DNA of 64,000 bases from the human T2T-CHM13v2.0 reference genome, Homo sapiens, in NCBI RefSeq assembly GCF_009914755.1, contig NC_060938.1; one strand, 5' to 3'. The notes under the pieces are model-generated. The model worked only from the letters and a program-made list of their open reading frames with translations. It was not told the DNA's origin and ran no database searches. The position numbers and the translations under genes were made by a program. Of the stretch, positions 48,917 through 62,449 are shown piece by piece. Position 1 is the stretch's first letter; each line of letters starts with the position of its first letter.

Positions 48917-49304
48917 TGTTACCATTGGAGGAAACTGAGTGAAAGATATACAAGATCTCTCTGTCATTATTGTATTATTTCTTATAACACCACGTGAATC
49001 TACAATTATCTCAAAACAGACATTTCAACACAAATGAGATTTAATAGTGAAATACAGTCTAGATAAATTGGGCAAATTAAATATAAAATATAAAAACATA
49101 AGGTACTTTAGGTCATGATTTTAGCTTAAAATAACCTATGAAATCAAGAGTTTTGGCTCTATTGTGTAGCTAATTTGAATAAGGATTTATAATTAAAATG
49201 GTCCACTCATCTTAAACTGAAGAAATGAAAATAGAGGACTCTTAAAATTCCAGATAATAGTATATTTTATCGTGTATAATAATACATTTTGTCATGGTTT
49301 AAAT

Positions 49305-49647
49305 CAGGGATCACCAACCCCGGGCAGAAGACCAGTAGCCATCCATGGCCTGTTAAGAACCCAACTGTACAGCAGGAGTTGAACTGGCAAGGGAGCATTA
49401 CTGCCTAGGCTCCGCTTCCTATGAGATCAGCAGTGGCATGAAATTCTCATAGGTGTATGAACACTATGGTGAAATGCTCATCCAAGAGATGTAGGCTGTG
49501 CCCTCCTTATGAGACGCTAATGCTTTATCTGAGGTGGAGCAGTTTCATCCAGAAACCATTTTGCCCCCATACTTTCTAGCCACATACCTTGGAAAAATTG
49601 TCTTCTATGAAACCAGTCCCTAATGCCAAAAACATTGGGGATCACTG
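49305..49647. mobile_element. MER1B-like hAT/Charlie MITE
   Basis: TIRs cagggatcaccaac / cattggggatcactg; 8-bp TSD gtttaaat / ttttaaat. Confidence 0.85.
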
Positions 49648-49842
49648 TTTTAAATAATTGAGTTAATCTCAGAAACAAAAATAAAGCTTTTGCTTGTTTT
49701 TTTAAAATACTCTTTAAAAGTAGCTATAACTGTAAATATATGACCCTTCAATATTGTGCTACTTTTTCTTTTCATCTGATCAATTGCAATATTTCCTCAA
49801 GTTTAATAGTGTGATAAGTATAATGTTAACATTAGCTATCCC

Positions 49843-50320
49843 GGCTGGCTGTAGTGGTTCGTGCCTGTAATCACAGCACTTTTGGGGTTGAGAAGGTTTG
49901 ATTGCTTGAGCCCAGGAGTTCAAAACCAGCCTGGGCAACGTGGTGAAACCATGTCTCGACAAAAATAGAAAAATGAGCCAGAGGTGGTGGCATATGCCTG
50001 TAATCCCAGCTACTAGGGAGGCTGAGGCAGGAAAATCGTTTAAACCCAGGATGTAGTGGTTGCACTGAGCCAGAATCTTGCCACTGCACTCTAACCTGGG
50101 GAACAGAGCAAGACTCTGTCTCTAAATTAATTAATTAACAAAATAAAATTAAAATTATCTGGGCATAGGGGTGTGCACCAGTAGTTCCAGGTACTTGGGA
50201 AGCTAAAGTGGGAGGATCGTGTGAACCAAGGGAGAAATAGACTTCAGTGAGCCATTCCTGATTGTGCCACTGCACTTCAACTTGGGAGACGGAGTGACAT
50301 CCTGTCTCAAAACAAAGAAA
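49843..50320 (+). mobile_element. Old Alu plus an extra right monomer (trimeric arrangement)
   Basis: Dimer 49843-~50135, followed by a second right arm ~50150-50320. Confidence 0.85.
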
Positions 50321-52636
50321 AACATTACTAATTCATAAAATGAGTAGGACATACAAGGGCAAAAAATGGTCTTGAGACCCCAAAACAGATGACACAGAAC
50401 CTGTATACACTAAAGTCTCAATATATGTGCTTAAAAGTAGGGCTTAGTGCAGTCACTTGAAAACACTTTATTTTCTCTGTCACATTATTTTAACAGCTGT
50501 CAGTACAATTTTTTTCCGATAGAAGCACAATATAACAGAAGCAGGAGAAGAAATGCCATAGAAAGCAGTCTGACAGCAGTAAACGTGTTAGCCACGAGTG
50601 GAATAGGAAGGACAGTGGAGGAAAACTTTGAAAAGCAAAACTAAGCATAAAGGCAAGTAGCCATCAAAGGATTATTGAGAACATCAAACATTTTACAATA
50701 TGGAAATGCGGTGCTCACAGTGTTGATCTTGAGTCATTAAAAGTTTAAGTTATAATTAATAACTGTTTAAAATAACAGGTAAAATAGCAACATGATTTTG
50801 TGCAATACTTTTAATAATGACAATATTGTGCACAATAGCTCAGTACTTCTGTCTTTGTTGTGTGCATATAACATGCCAGGAAGGTTCATTTATTTATGCA
50901 TAACATTTCTGAGGCAGAATATGTATATATATATTCACTAATTTTAAAGAAAAAGAAATTGAGGAATATTGTTATTTCCATAAGGCAAAACATTCAAAAG
51001 TTGAAAAACAGGATATAAAATAATTTGCAGCTATAAATGTGTGTTAAAGTTATAAATGTGTGTCAAGTTAAAATTTTTAAATAGTTTTATTTTCCCCAAA
51101 TTACTGTACTTCTCCTTTGCTTGAATTCTTATATTTTCTTATTTTCATGTTAGAATTGGTACTTAAAGATTAAAAATTCAACTAAATATAAAAATTTATC
51201 CCAATTGTCCATTGTTATTATGATATTTGCTTTTAGTAAATTTAGTTGAAATCTATGTTTCCATTCATCTTGAGTTTTGCCAAGCCCTGTGCTGTATTAG
51301 TGTTTCAGTAAAAGGCTGCTAAAATATGTAAGATTAGCACTAGATTGGGGAGCCAGAAAACTGAAGCAATTCAGGTGCAAGACTGAGGGAACACAGGCTC
51401 AAAACTATTGGCAATCCACAATCTCCAGTAGGTTTCACTTGGCTGGGGCATACATACTCAATGATAGAAAGCTAGACCAATGAGCTGAGCTTTGCTTCAA
51501 AACAGCTATATTGTGTCATCTGGAGCTGCCTTTTAGAAAGAAATGTCATTTCTGATGTGAGGTGAGGGAGGGATTTGCCTTTCAAAAGCAAAGAGAAAAA
51601 GAGCAAAGCTTTCATTCAGCCTTGAATGAATGTACCAAAAATAGAATTATAAAAACTGAAACATTTCCAGACAGATAATGGCATTCCTGCTGAGAGGGTA
51701 AGTTCCTGGAGTGTGCAAAGGAACTGGGAAGAGTAGTCTCTCAGACAAGAAAATTGATTCTGTAATTCTCCATCAGCACTACAGGCTGCCAGCATGATTG
51801 CACTTGTTTCTCTAAAAGCATTAGTAAGACAATTACCGATTATATCAACACGGCATTTACATGTTTGTGACCACCTATGCCTGGAGCCCAGGAAATTTAT
51901 AATCCATTGCCTGACATTTTTGCTATTCTATGTGAGCTATTAGGCAGCCAAAGTAAAATCTGATGGCACTCAGGAAAATCAAGTGAACGCACGCTTGTAA
52001 CTTGTGTACACACAAAAAGGAGAAATCTGTAATGTATGTGTGCAAAGTTTAAGAAATCAGAATTGACATTTTTATTGTTTTAGAAGAAAATATTATTTGA
52101 TCAATAGGGAAAAAACAAATATGCAGTTTTATATCTCAGTCTTGTTAATGGATTAAACCACATATACCTGTAAACTGAATTACACATATAAAGCACACCG
52201 TTAAAAATAATACACTAAAACCTGACTTTTTTACATGTAATATTATTTACTTGACCATTTCCTTAATGTTGGCTTTTTATTCTTGGAGTTGACATCACTC
52301 CTATAAAACTGCATTTAAGATATTTGTGAACATTTCAATAACTTACGTCTTTTATTATTTACTTAGGATTAGTAAAGAAAACTAGGAAAAAAAGTCATAG
52401 TATGAGACTGTTCTTAAAAATGTACTGGTGTAACTTCTTTTTAAGAAGGTTTGAAAATTCTTATTTCTATATGTTCTAAATTTAAAAATACTTGTTTCCG
52501 ATAATCTTTGCCAATTTAATAAATAAAAATGCACTTATTTTATTTTTGATTTTTTTCCAAGACTGCTAAGTGGAATATAGATTTCACAGACTAACTTACC
52601 GTGAAGTTCATTATCCCTTCTGGTAAAAATGTATCT

Positions 52637-54120
52637 TGAGATGATATATCCTTGTCACTTTGATTTGCATTTACCTGATGATTAGTGATATGAAAGGTTT
52701 TTTCAGACAAGTCTGCTTAGTTTGCTCATTCAAAAATAGCACTGTTTGTATTTTCACTGCTGAGATGTTTGTGTTCCTTTAATATTCTATATATTAATCC
52801 CCTGGTGGATGAATAGTTTGCAAATGTTTCTTCCCATTTTGTAGGTTGTTTCCTCAGTTTATTGGTTTGTTCCTTTGCTCTGCAGAAGCTCTTCAGTTTG
52901 ACATAATCCTATTTGCCTATTTTTGCTTTCATGCCTATGCTTTTGAGGTCTTATTCATATTATCTTTTCCCAGGCCAGTGTCCTGAAGAATTTTTTCTGT
53001 TTCTTCTAGTAGTTTTATAGTTTCAGATCTGACATTTAGGTCTTTAACTCATTTTGAGGTGATTATTGTATCTGGTGAGAGTAGGAGGGTCTAATTTCAT
53101 TCTTCTGTATTTGGAAATCCAGTTTTCTCAGCACTATTTATGAAAAGTACTGAGAAAATTTCTCCAATAAGTATTCTTGGCACCTCAGTGAAAAATCAGC
53201 TGACTGCAAATATGTAGATTAATTTCCGGGTTCTCTATTCTATTCTATTGGCCCATATATATATATGCTTATGTCAACACTGTGTTGTTTTGCTTACTAT
53301 AGGTTTGTAGTGTATTTTGAATTCTAGTACTGTGATGCCTCCTGCTTTGTTCTTTTTGCTTAGGGTTCTGTTGGTTCCTTTAGTTTTGCCATGGTTTCAT
53401 TTGAATTTTAAGATGGCATCTTACCCCAGTTAGTATGGTTGTTATCAAAAATACAAAAATAACAAATAATGAAAAGAATGTAAAGAAAAAATAAGCTGTA
53501 TGCATTGTTAGTATGTAAACCAGTACAGCCACTATGGAGGACAGTATGGAGGCTCCTCAAACTATAAACACAACAACCATATGATCTAGTAATCCCAATA
53601 CTGTGCATTTAACCAAAGAAAAGGAAATCAGTGTACAGAAGAGATATCTACACCCCATGTTTATTGCAGCATTATTTTCAATAACCAAGATATAGAATCA
53701 ACTCAACTGCCCAACAACAGATAAAAGGATAAGGAAAATGTACTATCTATACACAATGAAATACTATTCAGCCTAAAAAAGAATGAAATTCTGCCATTTA
53801 TAGTGACATGAATGGAACTGGAGGGCATTATATCAAGTGAAGTAATCCATGAACAAAAAGTTAAAGTTGAAAGCTAAAAGAAAGTCTATCTCATAAAAGT
53901 TAAAAGTAGAACAGTGGTTTCTAGAGGCCTGCAAAGATATGGAGGAGGGGTGGGGATAGAGAAAGATTTGTTAAAGGACACAAAATTACAGCTACTTAAG
54001 AGGAATATGTTTGAGTGTTTTATAGCCCTGCAGGAGGACTATAGTTAACAATAAAATATTATATATTTTCAAATAGCTAGAAGGGAGAATATTGGATGTT
54101 CCCAACAAAAATAAAAAAAA
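52637..54120 (+). mobile_element. 5'-inverted old L1 (L1MA-like)
   Basis: Antisense ORF2 52637-~53410, then sense from agatggcatcttaccccagttag through the L1MA 3'UTR. Confidence 0.8.
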
Positions 54121-54334
54121 CAAAAACACAAATCATGTCTGAATAATACACATTTATAAATAACTTACAGAGTATCTATCATATACTGTAATAATTCTTA
54201 AAATAAATTTTTATTGCAAATTTACTTACCACAGACATAATTTCTGAGTCAAGTCTTTCAACTTTTCTTATTCCAACTACACAAAGAAATTAGTGGAACT
54301 GTAGAAAATTTACAAAATAGAGGAAAATATATAA

Positions 54335-54613
<279 letters not shown>

Positions 54614-57539
54614 ACAATTATTTTTAAAAAATAAAAATTAAAAATAAAATAATCTTTAACTTAATTTCTTACATATTCTGTTTTCATCTAACATTTTGTT
54701 GTACATGTCCTTATCTTGTTCTACATATTAATACTCAAGTTAACCCATTTCAATTATATACAAATTTCAGGGTGTGTTATTTAGAATGTTTTAAGAAAGG
54801 AGCAGTAACTTCTGGGTCATTGCTTTGAAAAGGGTTGGTAACTTCTGGGTGTTTTGTACACATACAACTTCTGGGTCATTGTCATGGCATTTGTAAACTG
54901 TCATGACACTGGTGGGAGTATCTTATGTGAATGAGCAATGAGGGCAACTAAAGATTGCTTTCTTCCCCATCTGCTGGTTCCTGCTGGTTTCTTTATCATG
55001 TCTGGACCAGATTCTGTTTTAATCAGCAGGGTTGTGACCAGAAAACAAGTCCTGCTAGTCTCCTTTGTCATTTCCCTCTCAGAGATTAGATACTCCTCTC
55101 TAATCTTAAGGGAGCTGCAGAAGGGTAGAGGTCCATCTTCTGTAACTCCTTCTTGTTGATTTTATGAGTATAGGCCCTGCCTAGCATTGGAAGAGTAAAA
55201 ATCTCCAGATACCTGATCTAAGGGGCCCAATCACAGGATGTTTTCATTTTCTGGATCAGAAGAGGGAATGGAATGGAAGCCTTGTGCCAGTATCATCTTT
55301 ATATGGAACCAGAAAATATACGCTTCACTAGGAGGTTAAGCAAGAAAATTACAATTAGAAGGAAGAGATAAATTAATGCTTCTGTGCCCACCCAAAGTAT
55401 CATGTTATTTATGTATTCATTTGCAAAACAGCAGCCTTAAGTTTTCTAGGTTTATAAATGTAGGTTGTGGTGTCCTCTTTTTTTGCCTGCGGGGACTCAT
55501 AAGAAACAAGTTTGATTCTGGACAGATGTACCCAACTAGTGATTTCCTGAAGTTTAACAGCAGTGGGAATACTTAACAATATCTGATAAGGGCCCTTTTA
55601 TTTTGGTGGTAATTGTTCCTTCAGGGATCTTTTATTTTTTTCTTAAGTTTAAGTAATACTAAATATTTTAATTGAAGAGGGGAGCTATTTTTCCACTTGT
55701 GGGAAAGGACAATACTTTGTTTATGTAATTTTTGAAAGAGCATTTTGAACTTGGCCTAAATTTCAAAGGGGAGCATAGTGAAGTGTGTCTGATGCCCTGT
55801 TTCCTGTCATGACCTAAGTTAGTTTTTAAGGTTTTTTGGGGATTTCTTTTGGCCAAGGGACTTAGAGTCAAAAGACTTATGGCCAATTAAGCACTCTGGG
55901 CCAGATGGAAATGGAGGTGGAAAGGAGTTCATTAGCCCTTAAAACCTTTTGAGCAATATGAAAGTCAAAAACTATAAAATAAAAATAAGGTTACACATTA
56001 ATAAAAACCAAGAACCTAGAAACCATCTATATTGGGGGAAAGTGCTGTTCCTATAGACCTCTACGACAAAACATTTTAGAATCATGCCATAACTTTCAGC
56101 ATCAGAGGAGAAAAACTCACAGGAGCTGATGAAAAAGCCACAAGAGAGAGCCATCATTCCAGACCTTCTTAAAGGCAAAAAGAGCTGAAAGCAGCAAGAC
56201 ACAACAGCAGTTGAATTCTGAGACATATATCCAAGAAGTTTTAAAAGAAACTGATTATAGCATTGAAAGCAAAATTTCCTATAATTTACCAAATCAATAA
56301 CTTAAGAAAACCTGGTTCTAATATGTAAACCATTTTCTAGAAAGTCTACCAGGAGCAATTTTCTTTCAATCATAGCAAGCTTAATCATACACAAAACTTC
56401 TTTCATAAATTCCCTTTCACAAATTTACTTCACAACGTATACAAACCATCTATACAATGCTTGGACTTTCTGCCTTGTGTTATATCTTTTAAAAAACAGT
56501 TATTTTATTCTAGGACAAGAGTTTACTATACAAGACCCTTTTTCATGCAAAATTACTCTTTATATAATTTTTTGCAAAAAAAACTTCTGTCTATAACTTT
56601 CTTCACATCTCTCTTTTCTACTCACTAATTTCTTTATATTTTGAATCTGTCTTTTAATAACTTCCAAGTTAGACAAAAACAATTATTTCCCAATAAAGCA
56701 TACATCTTCTTTGGCACATTTTATATAAAGGTAGGAGTAAGAAATTCTTAACTGCCCACCAGACATTGGCATTCTATAGATGAGAACCCGTACCACAATT
56801 TTAAGATTATTTACTATAAAAAGCTTGCATTTTAAAGCCACTTTAGCCATTCTAAAGCCTATAAGCACCAGTCATTTACCAAGGTGAAAATATTAAAGTT
56901 AAAATTTAAAAACACAACATTTTTTAAACTAACAATTTTAGACTAGTGTTATTTGTTTAATTTATGAGAACTCTTTTATTTATAAGCCAATCTGATAGCT
57001 TGCTAGACACAACAGACAACACACAAAGTGACTTATAGAAGACATTGGATTCAAGTTATTTACAAAATTGGGACCTGTCTACATGGCCAAATTTTGTTTG
57101 TCCCAAGAGGTATGGAAGACAGGGAGAGGCAGGGGAGTGGATTCCACACCATCAAATAAGGAAGGGAGGGGCGAATGGAGTTGTTCAAGAGAAGAACTCA
57201 AGAGTCACAGAGCTGCCAGAAAGCTCACCTAGCAGTGGAGACACCAAAGAAAAATGTTCAGGCAGCTGCCTGTCTGCCACTGAGGAAAGCTGTCTGATAG
57301 GTCAAGGGCTTGAGATCCTCAGCAAACTTACTTAAGATAGCTCACTGGGGCCAGTGGAAGAAGGAAGGTTAGCTCTAGTATTGACAGAGAGCTTTTTTTT
57401 TTCCCTCTCACTGGGGATGGTTAGGAAATTCTCATTGCCAATGGCCCTCTTGCTTACAGTAAGCTGACTGGTTTTGTCCAGGGTTGAGCAAGTCATAGGC
57501 TCTTGTCTGGGCATCCCAGATGTTGATTTCATGATACTT

Positions 57540-58660
57540 TCTTGGGATGGGTAACCCTCAGGTCGCAAGGGGCTTAAAGTAATTGTTAACATTTGTACTT
57601 TTGAGCCTTTTTTTTTAACCTCTTTGCCCTGTTTCTATTGTTGTAAATTTTAAAGGGAACGTTTAAGTGTTGCCTCATAGGGGTTTGAGGTCCCATGGCC
57701 GCTTTTTGTAGCTTCTTCCTAATGTCAGGGGAAGATTGAGTAATAAAATATATACTCTCCTGGAGTGTCTGCATCTGCATTAGCATATTTCCTAAGTTCC
57801 TCAACCAAATGACCTTGAAACAGAGTGGGATTTTTGTCTTTTCCCTGAGTTATTTTTGTAGCCTTGGCATAATTGACTGGCTTAACCACACACTTTCTCT
57901 TCTGCTTTTTTTCCAGCAGCACAGCAAGAAGAAGCAATAATTGTAAGTCATGACAAGTTAAATCAAGAACATTGTCAATTTAACAAAAACTCCTCTATAA
58001 ACTTTTCTGGATCCGCTGAAAGCTGGCTAAATATTTCCTTTTACAAAGCAAATCAGGTCTAGAAAATGGCACAAGTACTCTAAGTGTTCCCCCATTCCCA
58101 TCAGCTATCTCCTGCAATAGACACAGGTTTGACTTTAGGGGCTATGGGGCCCCAATCCTGGTGGTACTGGCTGGACTTACTTTCTTGGTCAGTGAAGGTA
58201 TAGGCTGAGGCTAGTTGTATAAGAGGGAAGGATGCCTGATGACACTGGGGTGGAATCTTGCATTAGAAAACTGGCAGGGCTGTCTTCAGATCTGTGGGAC
58301 TGAGGAGACTGGGGAAGGTATAGGCCTTCTACGGGGAGCAGCTAGGAAGTGATCCCTTAGGTGTGGCTTCCTGGTGCCTGGAAGTAACATGAGCCAATAA
58401 AGGGTCATAAAATCCTGTACATAGGGACTTTCATTTTCCTTCCTTTATACAGAGTAAGTTCTACTTTAAAATAGCATTATAATGTATAGGAACATGTTTA
58501 GTACAAATCTCTTGGTTTTCTAATGTGTAATAGATGTAAGCAATGTTTCAGGAGAAAATGAGTTTCTTTTTCTTTAAGCTGAATTTGAATTTGTTCCAGT
58601 AGCCTAAAAAACGCCCCAGAAGACAATCCTCTGGGATGCTTTTCATTGTCCCCACATCCA
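57540..58660 (-). pseudogene. gag: Class I ERV gag remnant
   Basis: KPVNYAKATKITQGKDKNPTLFQGHLVEELRKY (major homology region) and FITQSSPDIRKKLQK. Confidence 0.85.
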
Positions 58661-60431
58661 TCAGGATTTTTACTGGGCACATTTTCCTGCCTCTCTGCTG
58701 ATCACCACCGTCTCGCTGTCTTACTGCTGATCACTGCTATCTCTGCTGTCTCATTGCTGTGAAGGTCAGTGCCTCTCACTTGCCATCTTTATCCTTTCAT
58801 TGCTCTCCAGTTAATACAGGAAAATACAATTTTCTTAAGTCTAGCAAGAGGAAAAGCAACTGGACTCTTGCTATTTTTTTTTTCCTTCTAGATTCCCACT
58901 TCCTGAAGAGGAGGTGTAAGTATAGGTAGCACGGTATTACAAAAGTGGATTATAAGCATTTCCCAGTGAATGAAATATGATAAAATGAGTATTTTTATTA
59001 AGCAAAGTTTAGAAGGAAGTATAAATCCAGTGACAATAAGAAAATAAAATGCCATTATGAAAAATGATAACTTTAGGGCAGAAAACAAGAAAAGGCAAGA
59101 CCAAGATTCCACTAGGGTAGCACTTCAACTCACAGTCCTAGACAAAACACCAATACCAAAAATTCCAGAGCATCCAGGGGGCAGCCAGCAATACCAAATG
59201 CCCAAGAGTACCCAAGAATCAGCCAACTAAGGTCCCCACACCAAATACTGAAAACTCAGAGCATCTATGAAGTGACCAGCTATGAACTTGAAAGGCTTGG
59301 TTGGGGCCACACAACAACATGACTCAAGCAACACCGAGTCAACACAATGGGGGACCTCTCATAACCAAGTGTCCTGCCTTAAGAAATTGCCCAAATACAG
59401 TTAACAGACAGCCAAAACAACAACAACAAACCTTGCAAATAAAACATATATTTTAGAACTGAAGATTTAAAGGCTGACAGAGTAATAAATGGTGTCAGAG
59501 GAAAAGGACTGGGGATGGTGTGACAAGGACGTGATTCAAGGTATTCAGATTACAGGGAACTTTAAACTGACCACCTAGCTGGAGGCTTTTTTCCCTGATT
59601 CACCCAGTATTTGAAGGAGAGGGCAGAGAGGACACTCGCCCATCCAGGGGAGCCAAAATGGCACTGACCATTCTTCTATGTAGGGCCCAGATGAAGGTCT
59701 TCCCAGGTTCTCTCAGCCTGGGGGGCTCAGCAGCCATGCAAGGGGGCCAGTGAGGGAATCTGTGACCTTCTGGCCTGATAGTCAAAGTGGGGGATCCCAT
59801 ATGAGGCTGCAGTGGCACTATGGCCACTTGCCTGTCTGCTGAGCTCCACTGCACATTGGGAAAGATGATGTCTTTTAAAAATGCCTTTGGCTGGTGTTAG
59901 CACTCTGTGGTGCTAATTTCAGTCTCACTGCCTCTCTCTGACTGTTGCCTGTTGCCATCTCACTGATCACTATCACACCACCTCTCCAATTGCCCCTTCT
60001 CGCCACCTCACCAGTAGCCATTTTGCCATCTCTCAGTTTCTTGTCATTGCCTCCCAGCCAACCACCAATCACCACCATCTCTGCCATCTTCCTCTCTCTC
60101 TACTGACCACCACTGTCTTGCTGTCTCACTGTTGATCACTGCTGTCTCTGCTGTCTCACTGCTGTGTAGGTCAGTGCCTCTAAGTTACCTTCTTCATTTA
60201 TTCATTGGTTGCCAGATAATACAGAAAATGTAAGCCCCAATTCTGGGGCTTACAAAGAAGGGCTCTTGGCTTCTCTTGGAAAAGAATTCAAGGGTAAGCC
60301 AGTGGAGTTACACAGCAATCTTTTATTGAGTGATATTTCTCCTTGCAAAGCAGGACTAACTCATAGGCAGCATGCCCAGAGTCAGCAACGTATGGGCTCT
60401 TGGCAACTGTATTAATACTCACATAAACCCA

Positions 60432-61406
60432 CTTTATTTTTTCATTTTTAACTTCTGTTTTAACTTCAGGGTACACGTGCATGTTTGTTACACAGGTAAA
60501 CCAGTGTCACAGGGGTTTATTGTGCAGATTATTTCATAACTCAGGTATTAAGCCTAGTACCCATTAGTTATTTTTCCTGATCCTCTCCCTCCCACCCTCC
60601 ACCCTCCAGTAGGCCCCAGTGTATGTTATTCCCCTCTACATTTTCATGTGTTGTCATCATTTAGCTCCCAGTTACAAGTGAGAACATGCAGTATTCTATT
60701 TTCTGTTCCTGTGTGAATTTGCTAAGGGTAATAAGCCTTCAGTTCCATTCATGTTCCTGCAAAGGACATGATCTTGTTCTTTTTTATGGCTGCATAATAT
60801 TCCTAGGTGAATATGTACCACATTTTCTTTATCCAGTCTACCACTGATGGGCATTTAGGATGATTCTATTTCTTTGCTCTTGTGAATAGTGCTACAACGA
60901 ATGTACATGTGCATGTATCTTTATGATAGAATAATTTATATTCCTTTGGACATATATATACAGTAATTGGATTGTTGGGTTGAATGTTATTTCTGTTTTT
61001 AAGTCTTTAAGTAATTGCCACACTGCTTTCCACATAAAATGGTTACACTAATTTACACTCCCATCAACAGTGTATAAGCCTTCCTGTTTCTTTGCAGCCT
61101 CACTAGCACCTGTCATTTTTTTACTATTTAATAACTATTCTGACTGGAGTGAGATTGTGTCTCACTGTAGTTTTAATTTGCAATTTCTCTAATGATCAGT
61201 TTGAGATTTTCTTCATATGCTTGTTAGCTGCATGTATGTCTTCCTTTGAATTGTATGTTCATGACCTTTTCCCAATTTTTAATGGGGTCGTTTGCTTTTT
61301 TCTTGTAAATTTGCTTTATTTCCTTATAGATGCTGAATATTTGACTTCTGTCATATCCATAGTTTACAAAAGTTTTCTCTCATTCTGCATATTGTCTATT
61401 TACCAC
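60432..61406 (-). mobile_element. 5'-truncated L1PA (approximately PA11-13) inside the 5' LTR
   Basis: cagggtacacgtgcatgtttgttacacaggtaaac...ggtattaagcctagtacccattagtta. Confidence 0.88.
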
Positions 61407-62449
61407 GTGGGAGTGTCTTATGCTAATGAGCAATGACAGCAGCTACAGATTGCTTTCTTTGCCATTTGCTGGTTCTTGCCAGTTTCTTCACTTTATTCTG
61501 TTTGGATTAGCTTCTGTTTTTCTCAGCAGAGTTGTGACTAGAGAACAAGTCATGCCAGTCTCTTACTTCAATATGACGTTGAACACTGAATAGTGACTGA
61601 GTGATGACCACATTTTGAAAAACAGTCATCCTGTAACCCATTTTGGCCTCAGAAGCATCATATAAACAACCAGTTATCTGGAGGTGACAGTTTTCAGTGT
61701 TATAATGCCACATGCCATATACTGTAATATGATTTCTGTTTAGGGTGTTCCTAGATTATATGCATAATTAGATTGATCTAGATGTAGATCTAAACTTATA
61801 ATTGTAACTAGCATTCCCCCTCATTTTCTTATACCTATTATTACTAGTATAACTGTTACTAGGTCAATATTTTTTAAATCTCTAAAGATGTCATGTTTAT
61901 AAAATTACCACTTAGCATCTGTTAGGATAGCATTTCTATGATAAATTAGTTACAGTAAAAATCATTTTTGATTTATTAATACTATTGAAACTATTTCATT
62001 ATAATTAATCAATTTGATCCCTTATTAATCATTGGTTTTTATAATATTCTCAATTGAATTTGGTTTATTAATTTCTATTTTATTATTCACCAAATTCAGC
62101 TTTGTATTATCATTATTTCTTCTTTTTCTCTCTGTTTTTGACACCCCATCTCTTTCTTCTCCTCAACCTTTCTTCAGTGAATATGTCATTTGTTTTCAAG
62201 TTCTTGATTACACCAACTTTTTGACTTAAATATTGTACATTTAGTCTTAAAAATTAGATTAAGTACTTTTAAGTAAAGATTTATCTACTTCCTCTATGAA
62301 GGGGATAAAAAGATGATTTGGAAACTCTCTGAAGCAGAAAATGGAAATAAGTGTAAAACCATAATCTGATCACTACTTCTTATATTTTCCTCTTGCTTAT
62401 TCTAATATACTGCTTACTCTACCTTCTAAACAGTTATCTGACCCATCTG

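Larger units (their letters stand above)
54770..61570 (-). mobile_element. ERV1 (MER4-group/LOR1-like) provirus, degraded
   Basis: Homologous LTR ends 54912-55070 and 61407-61570; PPT gagagggaaa at 55071-55080; 5' LTR 60217-61570 split by an L1; gammaretroviral gag remnant; exact family uncertain. Confidence 0.75.

Noticed and set aside
51032-51070. Two-copy ~19-bp tandem repeat tataaatgtgtgt(t/c)aa
   Set aside because: It is an ordinary local slippage duplication in AT-rich DNA.
59920-60170. Short irregular repeats (ctgtctcactg, atcaccacc) resembling a spaced array
   Set aside because: These are low-complexity ERV leader repeats with no constant repeat/spacer periodicity, in a eukaryotic context.
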